Assembly (NCBI GenBank): GCA_012026655.1
Contig: JAAILG010000246.1
Coordinates: 1 to 64,000 of the forward strand
Reading direction: 5' to 3'
DNA from: Hydrolagus affinis
Lineage: Eukaryota
Length of the DNA stretch: 64,000 nucleotides
Positions 51,053 through 63,122 of the stretch are shown in pieces; position 1 is the stretch's first letter, and the number at the start of each line of letters is the position of its first letter. The translations under genes and the position numbers were made by a program. The notes under the pieces were generated by a model that was given only the letters and a program-made list of their open reading frames with translations, was not told the DNA's origin and ran no database searches.

Positions 51053-51359
51053 AATAATCCTTGCATTTGATATAGCGCTTTTCACATCTTCTAGACGTCT
51101 CAAAGCATTTCACAGAATATATTGTAAATTTAATTGACTGTATATTTGAAGGCGAAACATGGTAGCCAATTGTGCACAGCAGAGCAGCAGAGTCCCACCA
51201 TCAGTCGTGGATTGAAGTGACCAATTTTTTTTCCCCCTGAGGGATTATTATCAAGCATGTGGAGTAAGGAAACTTGCCCAAGGTTTCGCCCTGCCGGGAA
51301 TTGAACCCAGGAATCTAGTTTACGAGGCAAGTGCTCTAAACACTAAGATATAGGATTCC
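51053..51359 (-). mobile_element. Full-length tRNA-derived SINE (SINE2 type)
   Basis: Minus strand starts GGAATCCTATATCTTAGTGTTTAGAGCACTTGCCTCGTAAA (degenerate A box), has B box GGGTTCAATTCCC (51296-51308), and ends GTGAAAAGCGCTATATCAAATGCAAGGATTATT. Confidence 0.93.
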
Positions 51360-51633
51360 ATAGATAGTGTTGGCATTGAGACAGGTAGGAATGAAACCAT
51401 GAATGACTCAAACTAATCTCCCTCCATGTTTCCTGTGATAAACAGCAAATCGAGGGAAGTACAAATTTTCAGAAGAAGAGTTGGACTCCTGATACCTTTA
51501 ATAAAGTTATCATGCTTAGTGCTATTTGAAGAAACCTGTTTGATTTCTTATATTGGTACTACAGAGAGTTATCTGAGGGTTCACTCATCTGCATGAACAC
51601 TACATAGTTCTTCAGAAGAAGCTAAAGACTGAG

Positions 51634-51733
51634 NNNNNNNNNNNNNNNNNNNNNNNNNNNNNNNNNNNNNNNNNNNNNNNNNNNNNNNNNNNNNNNNNNN
51701 NNNNNNNNNNNNNNNNNNNNNNNNNNNNNNNNN
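51634..51733. other. Assembly gap (100 N)
   Basis: Run of exactly 100 N, typical of an unknown-length scaffold gap. Confidence 1.
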
Positions 51734-52574
51734 TAAGCTGATGTGTCACTGTTGACTGATGGTCAGTTTTAGAATTTGATTTAGTTTTTGATAATACGTT
51801 GCCTGAACGTTGTCTGAACGTTGTGCCTCATGTTTAGCCTTGATAGTTAAAGTCTTGTGATTTGTTTGTTTGTGTGTGTGTGTTTGCAATAACATTGAAT
51901 TACATCTTCAATGTTAGGATGTAGAGGTCATTTTGTATTTTTTCTTCATATTTTCCATATTTTGGGGGACCAATGAAAAGCAACGGCTGGACGTTCAGTG
52001 AACGTTCAATGCTAGCTGGGTTAGCCAATGCTTGAGCATATGGAGTTAGTAAAAAGGACACACACAAAAAAAAGGCTTTTATTTTCTTCCAAATGTATTT
52101 AATAGAGCCGTAGAAGGTTACATGAAAGATTACAAATTGTGACTTGTGATGTGGTAATTTATGCACTCTTCAGAATGTCTTAATTATTGACTAGGCCATG
52201 GGTATGTCCTCCCCCACTCCACCAGCTCAGTCACAATGGTTGGGCCCGAAGCTGGACTGGGTTGTATGTTGGACTGTGGGAACTGACTTAACAAACCAAC
52301 AACAACAGCAAAAGTTGAGCTGGTATCCTACCAACTGACTCTCCAATCAATAAACCAGCAGTTCATTGCACAGCATGACATGGTTTGAGCTCAACCATTA
52401 CAACAGAATATGGGGGGGGTGGGTGGAAGAAAGTGATGTTATCACATCTGCAGACCAGTTGTTAATGAAGACATTGACTGGTTGCACTGAGACACAATGA
52501 TTTCTGTGATGCTAGGATCAGGAACAGAGTTTGAAGTCACTGATGTATTTGATTTGTATGGCGGGGAGGGGGGA

Positions 52575-52640
52575 GAATGGGGGATGGACTCGATGGGTCA
52601 AGATCCCATTTTTCAGTTCATGTTTTCTAATGTGCTTCTT
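52575..52640 (+). mobile_element. Possible CR1 3' tail remnant
   Basis: atggactcgatgggtcaaga...ttttctaatgtgcttct resembles CR1 3' termini. Confidence 0.4.
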
Positions 52641-52959
52641 CATCATTTACTTTCACAATTATGAAAGCTAATTGACATCCATGAGAAAAGGATTCAGGAG
52701 TTTTTGAATAATTTTAAATCATTACCCCAAATGCAAGCTTTTGTTTCCTGCAGTCAAGGATTGACTTGAAAAAGTCTAGTTACTAACTAGTCTATAATTA
52801 AAACAATCCCTCAACACTCCATATACTTTGTCCAAATTAAATGACAATTTGTTCATTAACAGTAGTAAATTCTAAAAAAAATGATGATACTGCTTAGCGT
52901 TAATATTAATATTCAGGAAAGTGCGTGTAATCAAAGTTTGTCTGATTAAATTGAAACAC

Positions 52960-53495
52960 CTTCGATTGACAGCATGTAATATATGAAAGGTAGAAATTAA
53001 AGGTAATGAAACGTGTTTAACAACAGGGCCTGTCAAAATAAATAACTAATGCAAAGCAGAAAGCTGCTATTTTTTTTTGCACAGGCAGATTCTGTCAAAT
53101 TTATCGTCAGCCTCGCAGCTCAGAGGTGACACCTGGAGTCTTTGCTTCAGACCATTTCCTCTTGATAGGGGTATCTTCCTTCCTCAAGTTATTACCTGGC
53201 AGAATAGCATATGGTAAAATGTAAACAACATCTGCATATTCTTGTAATAATTTCATATGTTTAATTAGTTCCAGCAAAGCAGTTTACCCTTAGAGACCCT
53301 CACTGTCAGTGCTGAGATCATACATTTGTGCCCTGCTGTCTGTGCTGACAGACTTCCATTGTTCACACAATGCATTCAACTCACCAGTTAATGTGAGCGA
53401 ATCTTCTGAGGGTAAGAGCATCTTACCAATCCAGCTGTAGGAAAATACGGCTGTCATTCCAGCAGAATGTGCTAATAGCAGATGTGACAGATCAT
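52960..53495. promoter_or_regulatory. Candidate TALE-homeodomain (MEIS/PREP/TGIF) enhancer
   Basis: Seven exact TGACAG/CTGTCA hexamers at 52967, 53030, 53092, 53303, 53346, 53451 and 53485; the first sits in CGATTGACAG (PBX-MEIS/PREP decamer with 1 mismatch). Confidence 0.5.
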
Positions 53496-54364
53496 ATAAA
53501 TTTAGGAAATACAACATAAGGGCTGGAAGTGACTATCCTTTCGCCTTTAAATTCGAAACAGTAAAGAGACTGGCATGCACATTAGGAATGGTGATATGTG
53601 TAATCAAAATTCTGCTCACTTTATTTAGTCAGTGATGAGCTGTAGCTGCATAGAAAGAAAACTGTAGCATGCTAATATATTTAAGGGCTACTACTTCCCT
53701 TTTACATAATGCATATAACACACACTGTGCACGTTCAACTACTATTTGTATGAATGCTATGTTTGTATACACTTTTGGACTTGGCTGATCATAAAGATAT
53801 ACTGTACATACATTTTATACACACTCTATATAGATAAATAATATGCTGTATATATAGTATACATAAGAGCTAGAGGAGAAGTGATGGCTGCATAGGTGTC
53901 TAGTTTGTCTACATATTTCAACCAAATTGATTATTTGCATGCAAATAGAAGCTCTCTCATTGCATGTATAAGTTAAAAACAAGGTTGGAACTAATCCTAA
54001 ATTTGACCAATGAATTTTTGTGTCAATTTTGAGAAATATATATGAACAATAATTATTTAGAATCGGCCTCCAGTTCCTGTGGGGATCGGGATCTAGTTAT
54101 TAATCAAGATAATTTATTTTTACAAAAAAGAAAAAATTTAAAATGTTAAAAGCTTCCATGGTGCTTGCTTTAGACATCCATTCCTCATATTAATGTCCAC
54201 AGTTCAAAACAATGAGCTGGTTTAAATGTGAAATAAATGAAATATATTTTCGCTGGGAGGAGGTTTCGCATGTATGCAATCCCTACCACCAGACTTAGGG
54301 GAGAATCGTTTACCAGTATTGATGACAGAATCTGCAATATCACAGCAGAATGGGGGCAATCACC

Positions 54365-54470
54365 TAAAGAGGTTTAAGATTTAAAAATAGATCAGAGGAG
54401 TGGGTGGGTGGGAAAGGAGACAGAGGGTGTTCGAAAGGTTTGGGGGTAGGAGCTGAAAGTGCTATCTGCA
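54365..54470 (-). mobile_element. Decayed L2 3' region fragment
   Basis: gagggtgttcgaaaggtttgggggtaggagctgaaag resembles gggaatgttccagagtttgggggcgaacaggaggccgaagg at ~61127-61170. Confidence 0.45.
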
Positions 54471-55897
54471 AGCAAGTAATTACGGGGCCAATTTTGTGGT
54501 ATTTCTTATTGATAATTCTTAATTAAGAGATCCAAGCAGGGTCTCTTTACAATTGTTTAAATGCCATCACAGGATTCAATGGAACTCTTCTCCAAAAATT
54601 GGACTAGATTTATTTTTCCAAATCAAGTTTCAGTGAGAGTTGGCACTCACTTCAGGATTTTGTATTCAGGGATTACAAAATTGACCTTCTTATGTTTCTT
54701 GGTAGACAAGGAGCGTGATTGGGATATTCAGATGGATGGGTAAGAAGTTGGTAAGAATCATGAGCACGGAATTCAAATCTGGGAGTTCAGATGATATCAT
54801 AAAGTGAATCACAACATGAGCAGTTGATGGATGGCATCAGAGCTCAACCACTGATTCACGGTGTTTGCCCCTCTGCCTTGTATCCGATAATCTGAACAGC
54901 ATTTTGTCACATTGTTTTTGAAATACTAATTGTAAAATAGTCCTAAGTATTGCTGCGCTAGCTCAATTGGTGTGCTACCATCTCGTGCAAATGCTATTGG
55001 CGCAGATAGCAATAGTTTTGATGAACAAGGGAAAATTGGACCCGATCTGTTATTATTATTGTATAATAGGTAATAAGCATTTTGGAGGTCTTCCAATTTC
55101 ATCAGGTGTTTAATGACGCGCTGACTGTTAAATCTAACATTGATTGAAGTGTTATAATGCAGCAATGTCAAAAGTAATATCAGCACACAATTTAGGAATC
55201 GGATTCACAAAGTGTTTTGCAGCATATTTACAAAGGAATATGTTTTGCAATAAAGACTGGGCACTTCTCAATATTCCAACATCCTGCAACGTGTCCTTAA
55301 AGGCCAAAAACAAGGGATGGTTTATCATATAGGAGAAAGTACTCGTTGTGCAGAAATGTTGACCAAAACACCTTCCTTTGTTACGGAAGTATACTCTCCA
55401 GACTGTAAACCCAGATGCACTCAACTTCAGTGGCCATTTCTGGTAAAATATTTCATGTTCAAACAACCCTCTGTGCATTAAAATCTCATGGCCTTCCTCT
55501 TTTGCTTCAGGTGATGATCCACAGTTTATGTACCTAACTGTATTGCTGACCCTGCCAGGCCAATGGAAACAGTCTATTACTATTTATCTTGCTACGAATC
55601 ACACCTAATTTTGAAAACATTCTGATCGAACAGGTTTTCCTCTTTGGTACAACTATACACAAATGTTATTTTCACTGGTTTGCACAATCTTTGTACAGGG
55701 TGAAATCAAGTATGCATTTGTCATTGTTACAAAACAAAAATGACAAACCTCTCGGGTTTGCTCCCTCTACACTGATATATTTGAGGCATAAACATAAATA
55801 TATATATATATACAGAAAGTTTCACTGCGTGCAGAAATTGTCACTATTAATGAATTCTATTTAATATTTAATATTAGTTTGGTCTCACACCTATGTC

Positions 55898-56150
55898 AGT
55901 TTGGGTCGGTTGATAGCACTCTCGCCTTTAGGTCATAAGGTTGCAGATTCCAGCCCTACCACAGGACTTGAGCTCCTAATCTAGGCTGACATTCCAGTGC
56001 AGGGCTAACGGAGGGTTATACCGCAGGGGGCACCATCCTTCAGATGGGAAAGTTAATTTAAGATCCGGTTTCCCTGCTCCTGTGGATATTAAAGATCCTG
56101 TGGCACTATTTGAAAGAAGAGCAGGGAGTGCTCGCACTGTCTTGACCACT
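55898..56150 (+). mobile_element. Deu-domain SINE (head and Deu core)
   Basis: tcggttgatagcactctcgcctttaggtcataaggttgcagattccagccctaccacaggacttgagc...ctaggctgacattccagtgcag...gtggatattaaagatcctgtggcactatttgaaagaagagcagggag. Confidence 0.8.
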
Positions 56151-56452
56151 ATGCCAATGTGTGTTCCTTTTCATCAGATTTTAGAATGCAGATATTATTT
56201 TACGACATGAATTTGCAATAAAAATATTAATGGGGTGAAAACATAGTAAATATCTATCCATAGATATTGGGTTAAAGATTCAAAATAGCACCCAATACCA
56301 TCAATATTGGTTAGAATCTCTATAAGTCTATGATTGGGAGCTTAAAGTAAGAATTTATATTAATATTATTGTATTACATATAATATATATATCAACATTA
56401 TATATAAACCTTCAACATTTACATAATTCCATGAGGTTGTGTATTAGAGTTA

Positions 56453-56680
56453 TTCTGTTCAGGTGGACGTTACAAATCTCATGTCACTAGTCGAAAAGAG
56501 AAGGGAGTTTCTCCTGGTATCCTGGCCAACAAGTCCCCAGATAAAATTGGTCACTCACTCTAAAGAGGTTTATGGGACATTGCTATGAACAAATTGTCTG
56601 TCCTCTTCACCCACATAATCACACCCCTTTCTAACATAATAAGATACTATATCACATATGAGGATTATTATTATTATTGT
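56453..56680 (+). mobile_element. Deu-domain SINE, 3' half
   Basis: ctgttcaggtggacgttacaaatctcatgtcactagtcgaaaagagaagggagtttctcctggtatcctggccaaca...tgggacattgctatgaacaaattg...aggattattattattatt. Confidence 0.75.
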
Positions 56681-57424
56681 TACTGTTTAGTCCCAGACTG
56701 AGAAACCTGACTAGATTGAAGATGGTTTACACTTATTGGCTCAACGTTTCACCTTTTAACATCTAATAATGTTCACAAATGTAAAGAAAACATGTTGAAG
56801 ATCACTTTGAAAAAAAAAAAACTATTAGAGGGTGAAATTTTCAGCAGTTTGCAATACTTCTGATTGAATATTATGAAATGACTCAAATTTCACCCATTGG
56901 ATTCAACTAAATCATGTTCTAAATTTAATCTGCTCTTATTTAATGAATAATCCAGTGAGCATGTAAATATACTTATAGCTATGTTATCCAATTATACTTT
57001 GCTTTAATATTATTGAGTATTAAACCATTTTGCAAAAGCTTCAGAAGGTATGATCCAGAGTAAAAGGTATAATTTGGACAGCAACTGTAGGAATAAGTGT
57101 AAGTGATGTACACACAGGCATTTCTAAAAATAGCATTTGAGTAACACAAATACATACATTGACAGGTAATCTAACAATAAAGGTTGTTTAAAAAGAAATC
57201 TTAGTGAGTCACTCAGCATTGCTGGTCTATGTGGTATGTATATATAATGAATAATAGAGAAAGAAAAGCAGAAATATATTATATGATATTATTTGGGTGT
57301 ATACTTAGTCAGGAGGATTGAAGCGAGGAGAAGGAGCACGGAAAATTTAGAACATTGTGAAATGCAAACAAAATATTGCATGGCTTCTCAGTTTAATGCA
57401 AACTTTAATTTTCTTCTCCTGTAT

Positions 57425-57454
57425 GTTTCTAAACATACAGTTTCTAAACATACA
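57425..57454. repeat. 15-bp tandem duplication GTTTCTAAACATACA
   Basis: Two exact adjacent copies. Confidence 0.9.
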
Positions 57455-58989
57455 GAATGTACTTTACATTCAACGAAATAACAGCAGAACAGTTTAAATA
57501 AAAAGCTAGTTAAAGGTTACATTTTTGGCACATCACAGATTGCTGAATAATGATCGCCAAACGCAAATTTCAACTGAAATGTTATTGGATAAAATTGTGG
57601 TTAGTGTGCCGATCGTTTTTCTAATAAAGTTACAATTCATTTTCCCAGTACTATTGCACAAAGCACAATATTGTTGACCTTTACTGCTCAGAGCCAATGG
57701 ATAACAAAGGCAGAAGAGAACAATACCTTGTTAGACCATGATATATATTTTAGTAGATTATTGCGATAAGGTCTCTATGTCGCGACCCACTGGCGTCAAG
57801 CTAATCCAGCAATATTCCGCGTTACATTGTTCCTAATCAATAACTAATTATCAAAGTATGGCTGAGGTAGCAGTTCTTTCAGATTTCCTTGTTAAAAATG
57901 GCTTTTGGCTGTAAGCAGGAAGAAAGGTCGTCTCTGTGACATCGTCACAAGGCTTTCAACATCCACTGCACTGTCAGATTGAATTACTGTTACTAGCTAA
58001 TTGATATAAATTTAAACAGAAGAATGCTTGTTACTGCGGGATGTCATAATGATATCTTCAGTAAGTGTGCGTCAGACAAACCTAATGTAGACTCCCACCA
58101 ATAATAGATGCAAATTAGGCTTAGCACAGCAAGAACATGAATATGACTTAGAAAATGAATCCAAAAGGAATTCATAGACTTAAAAAGGACTATGTTCCTT
58201 CTTTGCTGCCACATCTGGTACATTAGTTATTGCAGAAAAACTGGACAGGTTTATGGGTTTGCAAAAATATTCAAATTTCATTTTAAACCCTTTCTTTTGA
58301 ACTTGTCCCGTTAATAAATTCAAATTTTATACCAGTTTTAATTAGGCGTATGCAAGAGACAAACCTTTAATAAACAACAAAGAACTTTCTGTCATGGCAT
58401 CTGTATATGTGTGTGTGTGTGTGAGTGTTTGTCTCTCAATGAGTCCAGCTACCATAAGAATCATATGTACCGAAAATGAAATTGCATGAAGTCAGAAATT
58501 AATTTCAAAGTGAGTTTTGAGCACTTCAAAGGGAATAATGGCTAAAGGGGAGTTGATTATACAATTTACCCATCATCACTCTGGGTGTTGTGATAGCACA
58601 GACTGAACAGTATGTTCAAACAACTAGCATTAGACTGTACTTCAACTCTGCCCATCTCACAAGGGGTCACAGCAGTGTCATATAGCCCTCATCATGCTCT
58701 GGCATCAGTCCAACTTGTCATGATATGTGGATTTGTTGTATACATAAAACTGATGCAGATTTAACCCTGACAGTTTTACAACTTTCCTGTGTTGATAAAT
58801 TAGGAATATGGCTCACTGTGATTAAGATTTAGCAGAGGACATATTGAGCAACATTTTTCTACTAGAAACCCATTTGTGGTATTTTAAATGATTTTGCAAT
58901 ACCTGTATTTAAACGAATTTGGGGAACTGCAGAATAAAACAAGTGGGTTATTTCACCAGTAAATAAAACATATTCTGAAGCTCTCTGAG

Positions 58990-59220
58990 ACTGTAGCTCA
59001 ATGAGTTGATCCAGTGATAACTGAGGCATGTGATCAGGAAGGGTCTTGATTTGATCTGGGTCTGTGGGGAGTTTACTGACCTCAGCCAGGGCAGCATTAG
59101 GGGTTATATAATTAGCTACACTACAGAATCCAAGTGCTATACAGTCAGGGCCGCTGAAAGTATACCTGTGTAGATTCTAAGGGAGAAGAGAATTGTGCTC
59201 AGCTACAATATCCCCGGGGT
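58990..59220 (+). mobile_element. Ancient tRNA-derived SINE (AmnSINE2/LmeSINE-like)
   Basis: A-box-like tgtagctcaatgag, then ggtctgtggggagtttactgacctcagccagggcagcattaggggttatataattagc, resembling recalled ancient vertebrate SINE consensus; family name uncertain. Confidence 0.5.
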
Positions 59221-60951
59221 GTGAAGGTGAAAAAAAATATTGCAGAAGAGTTTTTGAAATTTTTGTGCTGTAAAGGTTTCAGTTTTCTAAATGAACATTT
59301 TAATTCAGTCTACCTTGTAATCTTAATATTGCAACAGAATTCAAATTAAATAATTATTGCAAATTGTTCGAAGATCTAAAACTTATTATTATTAATTATT
59401 AGCATTAATAAGAATTTGTGCCTGTAATTTATAAGATGGTTAATGTTGATTGTATACATCTGTGCTGGTTCTAAACATTCAGTAGATTTAATTATACTAG
59501 CTTCTATTTTGAAAATAAATTGGCTGCCATGTTTGCCCATGAAACACAATCTGCAGTGTTCAGTATATTGCTTTGAGACATCCCCCTGACATGAAAGGTG
59601 CAATACTAAATGTAATGCTTATTTTTAAAAAAAAAATAAGGTCCAATATGTGTTTGTTAAAAAAAACTTCAATCCATGAAATAATCAAAGAATTATAAAT
59701 GTATTTTTGTCCTTGATTGTGGAAGAATTGTGTTAAATACAAGTGACCTAACTTGCCACTTTCACATAATTGCCTTCATGTGTTCAATGGATTAACAGTA
59801 AGGATGCTTCAAATGCACATTATTCACAAGGCCATCAGAGAAGCCACAATTGTGTTGGTATTTCAACTTATTTTTATAGAATTTGTTTTTGTGATTCAAG
59901 ATGTGGTTAGCTTCTGCATAGAAGAGTTGCCTCTGAAGGAAGTCCCACAAAACAGACAGCTTGGAGGGCAGCTACAGTGATGAAACTAGCCACGTCGCAA
60001 CTTCTAAACACAAATCAAGGGCTACAAGTAAAAGAAATGCAAATAATCTCATGTATCACTACCTTTTTCACATTGTCTCTTATATCTATAATATCTGTAA
60101 TATAACAGATTTTGTTCATAGGGTTATGTTATTGTCCAATTGTTTGATTTGCTTCTCCATTACCCTTGAGATCCTTCTTTTACAGAATAGTTCTTGAACG
60201 CACTGATTTTATGCACTACAAATCTTAATAAATTCAAACACTAATTTCCAAACAAATGTGTGTGCAATGTGAAAATAATAAATATTACAAAGCAAAAATA
60301 TCCCCCCAAAAGGAATATAACCATGAAATGTTTTGAATTTGCAAATAAAGTTTGCAAAAACATCTTAAGTTTGGGATTTTGGTGCATGAGTACCAAAGCA
60401 GTGATTATAGAGTTAATTATTGCACTAGCACCAGCCATTATTTAAATTGGAATGAGACGAACTTACATTAAGCACTTTTGTAAGGTCATTTCTGCACTGC
60501 AAAGCAATTTAAAGTGTATGTTCATTTTTAACATGTTGGTGCTCATTAAGGTGAAGTTTGACAGTGCAGCAGAATGGATTTTTCTCCACTGTACACCCAG
60601 TGCTAAAGAACACTTGGGTCAAGTATGGTAAGGTCAGAGAAAATGCTTTAATTCCTGGCATCATTTCAAAAGTATAGTCTTGACCTGAAATAGTAGAAAG
60701 TCTTAAGATCTGGCACATGTACAACTGACTTTTCAAAGCTGTGATCGGGAGCCAGAAGAGTAATGTTACAAACCTACATTTGCTCCCTGAATGCTTTTAT
60801 TTCTCAACACCTGTAAGTGCCAGGTGACTTCACTCGCACACATCTGACTAAATTAACCTTTTCCACTGAAGCTAGAACTCCAGGTAAATAATCAGAGAAT
60901 CCTGACTGTGGACCACTAAAATGTGTCTAGTGGGTGATGAATTCAATCTTC

Positions 60952-61272
60952 ACAACAGCAGCAACTTGTATTTATATGGCTCCCTACACACTGGCATCCT
61001 GGAGCGCTTGACTGTGGCAGAGTCTGAGACCAAGCCAAGGGGAAGAAGGAGGGGGGAGATGATTGTTCATACAATCAAAAAGAAAGGATTTTAAAATGGG
61101 GAGGGGGCAAGGCGCAGGAATTAAAGGGGAATGTTCCAGAGTTTGGGGGCGAACAGGAGGCCGAAGGCCAGAGCCAGCCCAGCGGAGGCAGCTGTTGTTG
61201 GAGTGGGGGGGTAAAGCAAATTGGATAAGGTAGGGAGGTGTGAGAGCATAAAGGGATTTGAATTAATAAAAT
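60952..61272 (-). mobile_element. L2 LINE 3' end
   Basis: (caa/cag)n cttgtatttatatggctccctacacactggcatcctggagcgcttg tail, followed by a purine-rich L2 3' region (gggaatgttccagagtttgggggc...agggatttgaa). Confidence 0.7.
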
Positions 61273-62574
61273 GTTGTGTATGGTAGTACTGGGGGTGATC
61301 ATGATATTGTAGATTGCTATTGACAATCACATACTCCTGAAATTGAAATTCATTTAACATGGATCTGTTTTAGTTGCTTCTCATGGCCACACATATTATT
61401 TTTAAGGTATTATTTGAAAATACCAGTATTTTAAAGAGTAAAAGTATTTAAATAATTTCTTAACTATTAACTCCAAAGAAAGCTACCCACAAATTGCTAC
61501 AGTAAAAGCCACAGTTGTTAAAGTTACTGTGTCTAATTTTACCCATTGTTAAGTCTACCCTGTCCAAAACAAGTCAGCACTGAAAGAGTTATATAGAAAT
61601 GGGTGTTTTATTTAAGAGACACCTAATTCGCAATAGTTGAAAAGTAGATCTCCATCGAAGGCTTTCAACAGTTATCAGCGATTTGCCACCTTTTGTGCTT
61701 GTGCTGGTGAATGCTGGCACAAAAGTGCAGATTTGCAGTAAATCTATGCTTTTGTGTGTAGTTGCAAGAGCATGCTGAAATATTTGGACACTAATACCCA
61801 TTCATTTTCTGAGCTCCATAAATAAAAGCCGCTTGCAATGCAGTGGCCGTGAAGTGGCATTCTTCAGGTCACAGCAGGTAGCCCATCCTTATTACCACGG
61901 TAGGGGAGGAGGCCAAAGCAGCAAGACACCTAAATCGAGACATTTTTGCTTCAGACAAAATCACTGGTAATAAAAAGAGAGGCATTGAAAATTTCAGGGA
62001 GGACCTACAGCCATCATTATTTGAAGGTAAAAGTATTTGGAGGAAATTAGAGTGCAGTCTCTTCCAGAATAGATACTTTTATTTATGTGATATGTGTGTG
62101 TGTTTGTGACCAAAGAACTGCCAAACTGTGGTTGGAATAAAGCATTCATTTTTTTTTACTCTATCTGCATAAATTTCATCAATACTTCGACCCAATTATT
62201 CAGGCAGTGCTATGGATTTATTGCTTTGAAAAGCTGGGTAAACATGTGTTATGGGTTCTTTCACCCAATTTCCCACACAGTGAGGCTGAATTCTCAGCTG
62301 GATTATCAGGCAGAGAACAGAGGCAATTCCTACAGAGAAAATTGGAAGGTATGCCAGCCTATGCCAACTATGCACATTATCAGTAGCGGGTTCACAAACC
62401 GTTGACATATGAGCAAGGAGCAGGCAACCAAGTACACCCTTTATGTATGGCTTTGATGTATAAGAACATAAGAGATGGTAAGCTTAAGAAAATAAGGAAG
62501 GAAACAAATAGTCCTCACAGGCTTGGCAGGTGCAGTATTTGTGTATGACAGTCCACATTTGTCCCTAAATCGCA

Positions 62575-62835
62575 GAATTACATGGAATTGTATAGTTTAT
62601 AGCGCCCAACAGGTCTGTAACAATATACATTCTATAGTTAACACCCATCCCAATCCCCTCTCCTATAGCAGTTTATTGCCTCCTCTGTCACGTGTGATGC
62701 AAATTTCCTCTTAAACATGTTGATGCCTTTTGCTTCTGCCAGTCACTTCCATATTCCCACCATTCTCTGCATCAAAAAATCCCTCCTAAACTCTGTTTTA
62801 GATATTCTACTGACTATCCTATATTTAACTGTCTA
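62575..62835 (-). mobile_element. CR1 LINE 3' end, decayed
   Basis: agaattacatggaatt tail, cccctctcctata, ttccatattcccaccattctctgcatcaaaaaatccctcctaaa (minus: F.RDFLMQRMVGIWK); mirrors 28105-28352. Confidence 0.65.
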
Positions 62836-63048
62836 CCCTTACTTGATAGCTTAATTCATTCATTCCTGGTACCATCGTAATCATATTGGTTTGATTGGAG
62901 ATCATAAATTGATTTTTTTGTCCACATTAATTACCAATACTATATGGGAACAAATATAATGTTGAATCTCTAGTTGTGGTTGAGACTTGTTTATGTCTTA
63001 CACCCATGTGGATTCTAAATCTACTTCTCATTCAAGTTAAACTAAAAG

Positions 63049-63122
63049 CAGCATTTTAGGACATCCTCCTGGCGTGAAAGGCGTTATTCAAATGTAATTT
63101 GTTGTTGCTGTTGTTGTTGTTG
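63049..63122 (+). mobile_element. Short (GTT)n-type retro-tail insertion
   Basis: cagcattttaggacatcctcctggcgtgaaaggcgttattcaaatgtaatttg(ttg)n. Confidence 0.75.

Noticed and set aside
51290-51359. tRNA gene
   Set aside because: The A/B boxes belong to a SINE head that continues into SINE body and tail; no complete cloverleaf
54948-55015. tRNA-like GCGCTAGCTCAATTGGT
   Set aside because: No B box or T arm follows; it is part of an imperfect palindrome (tattgct-gcgc-tagc ... gcta-gcgc-agcaata), probably a decayed repeat
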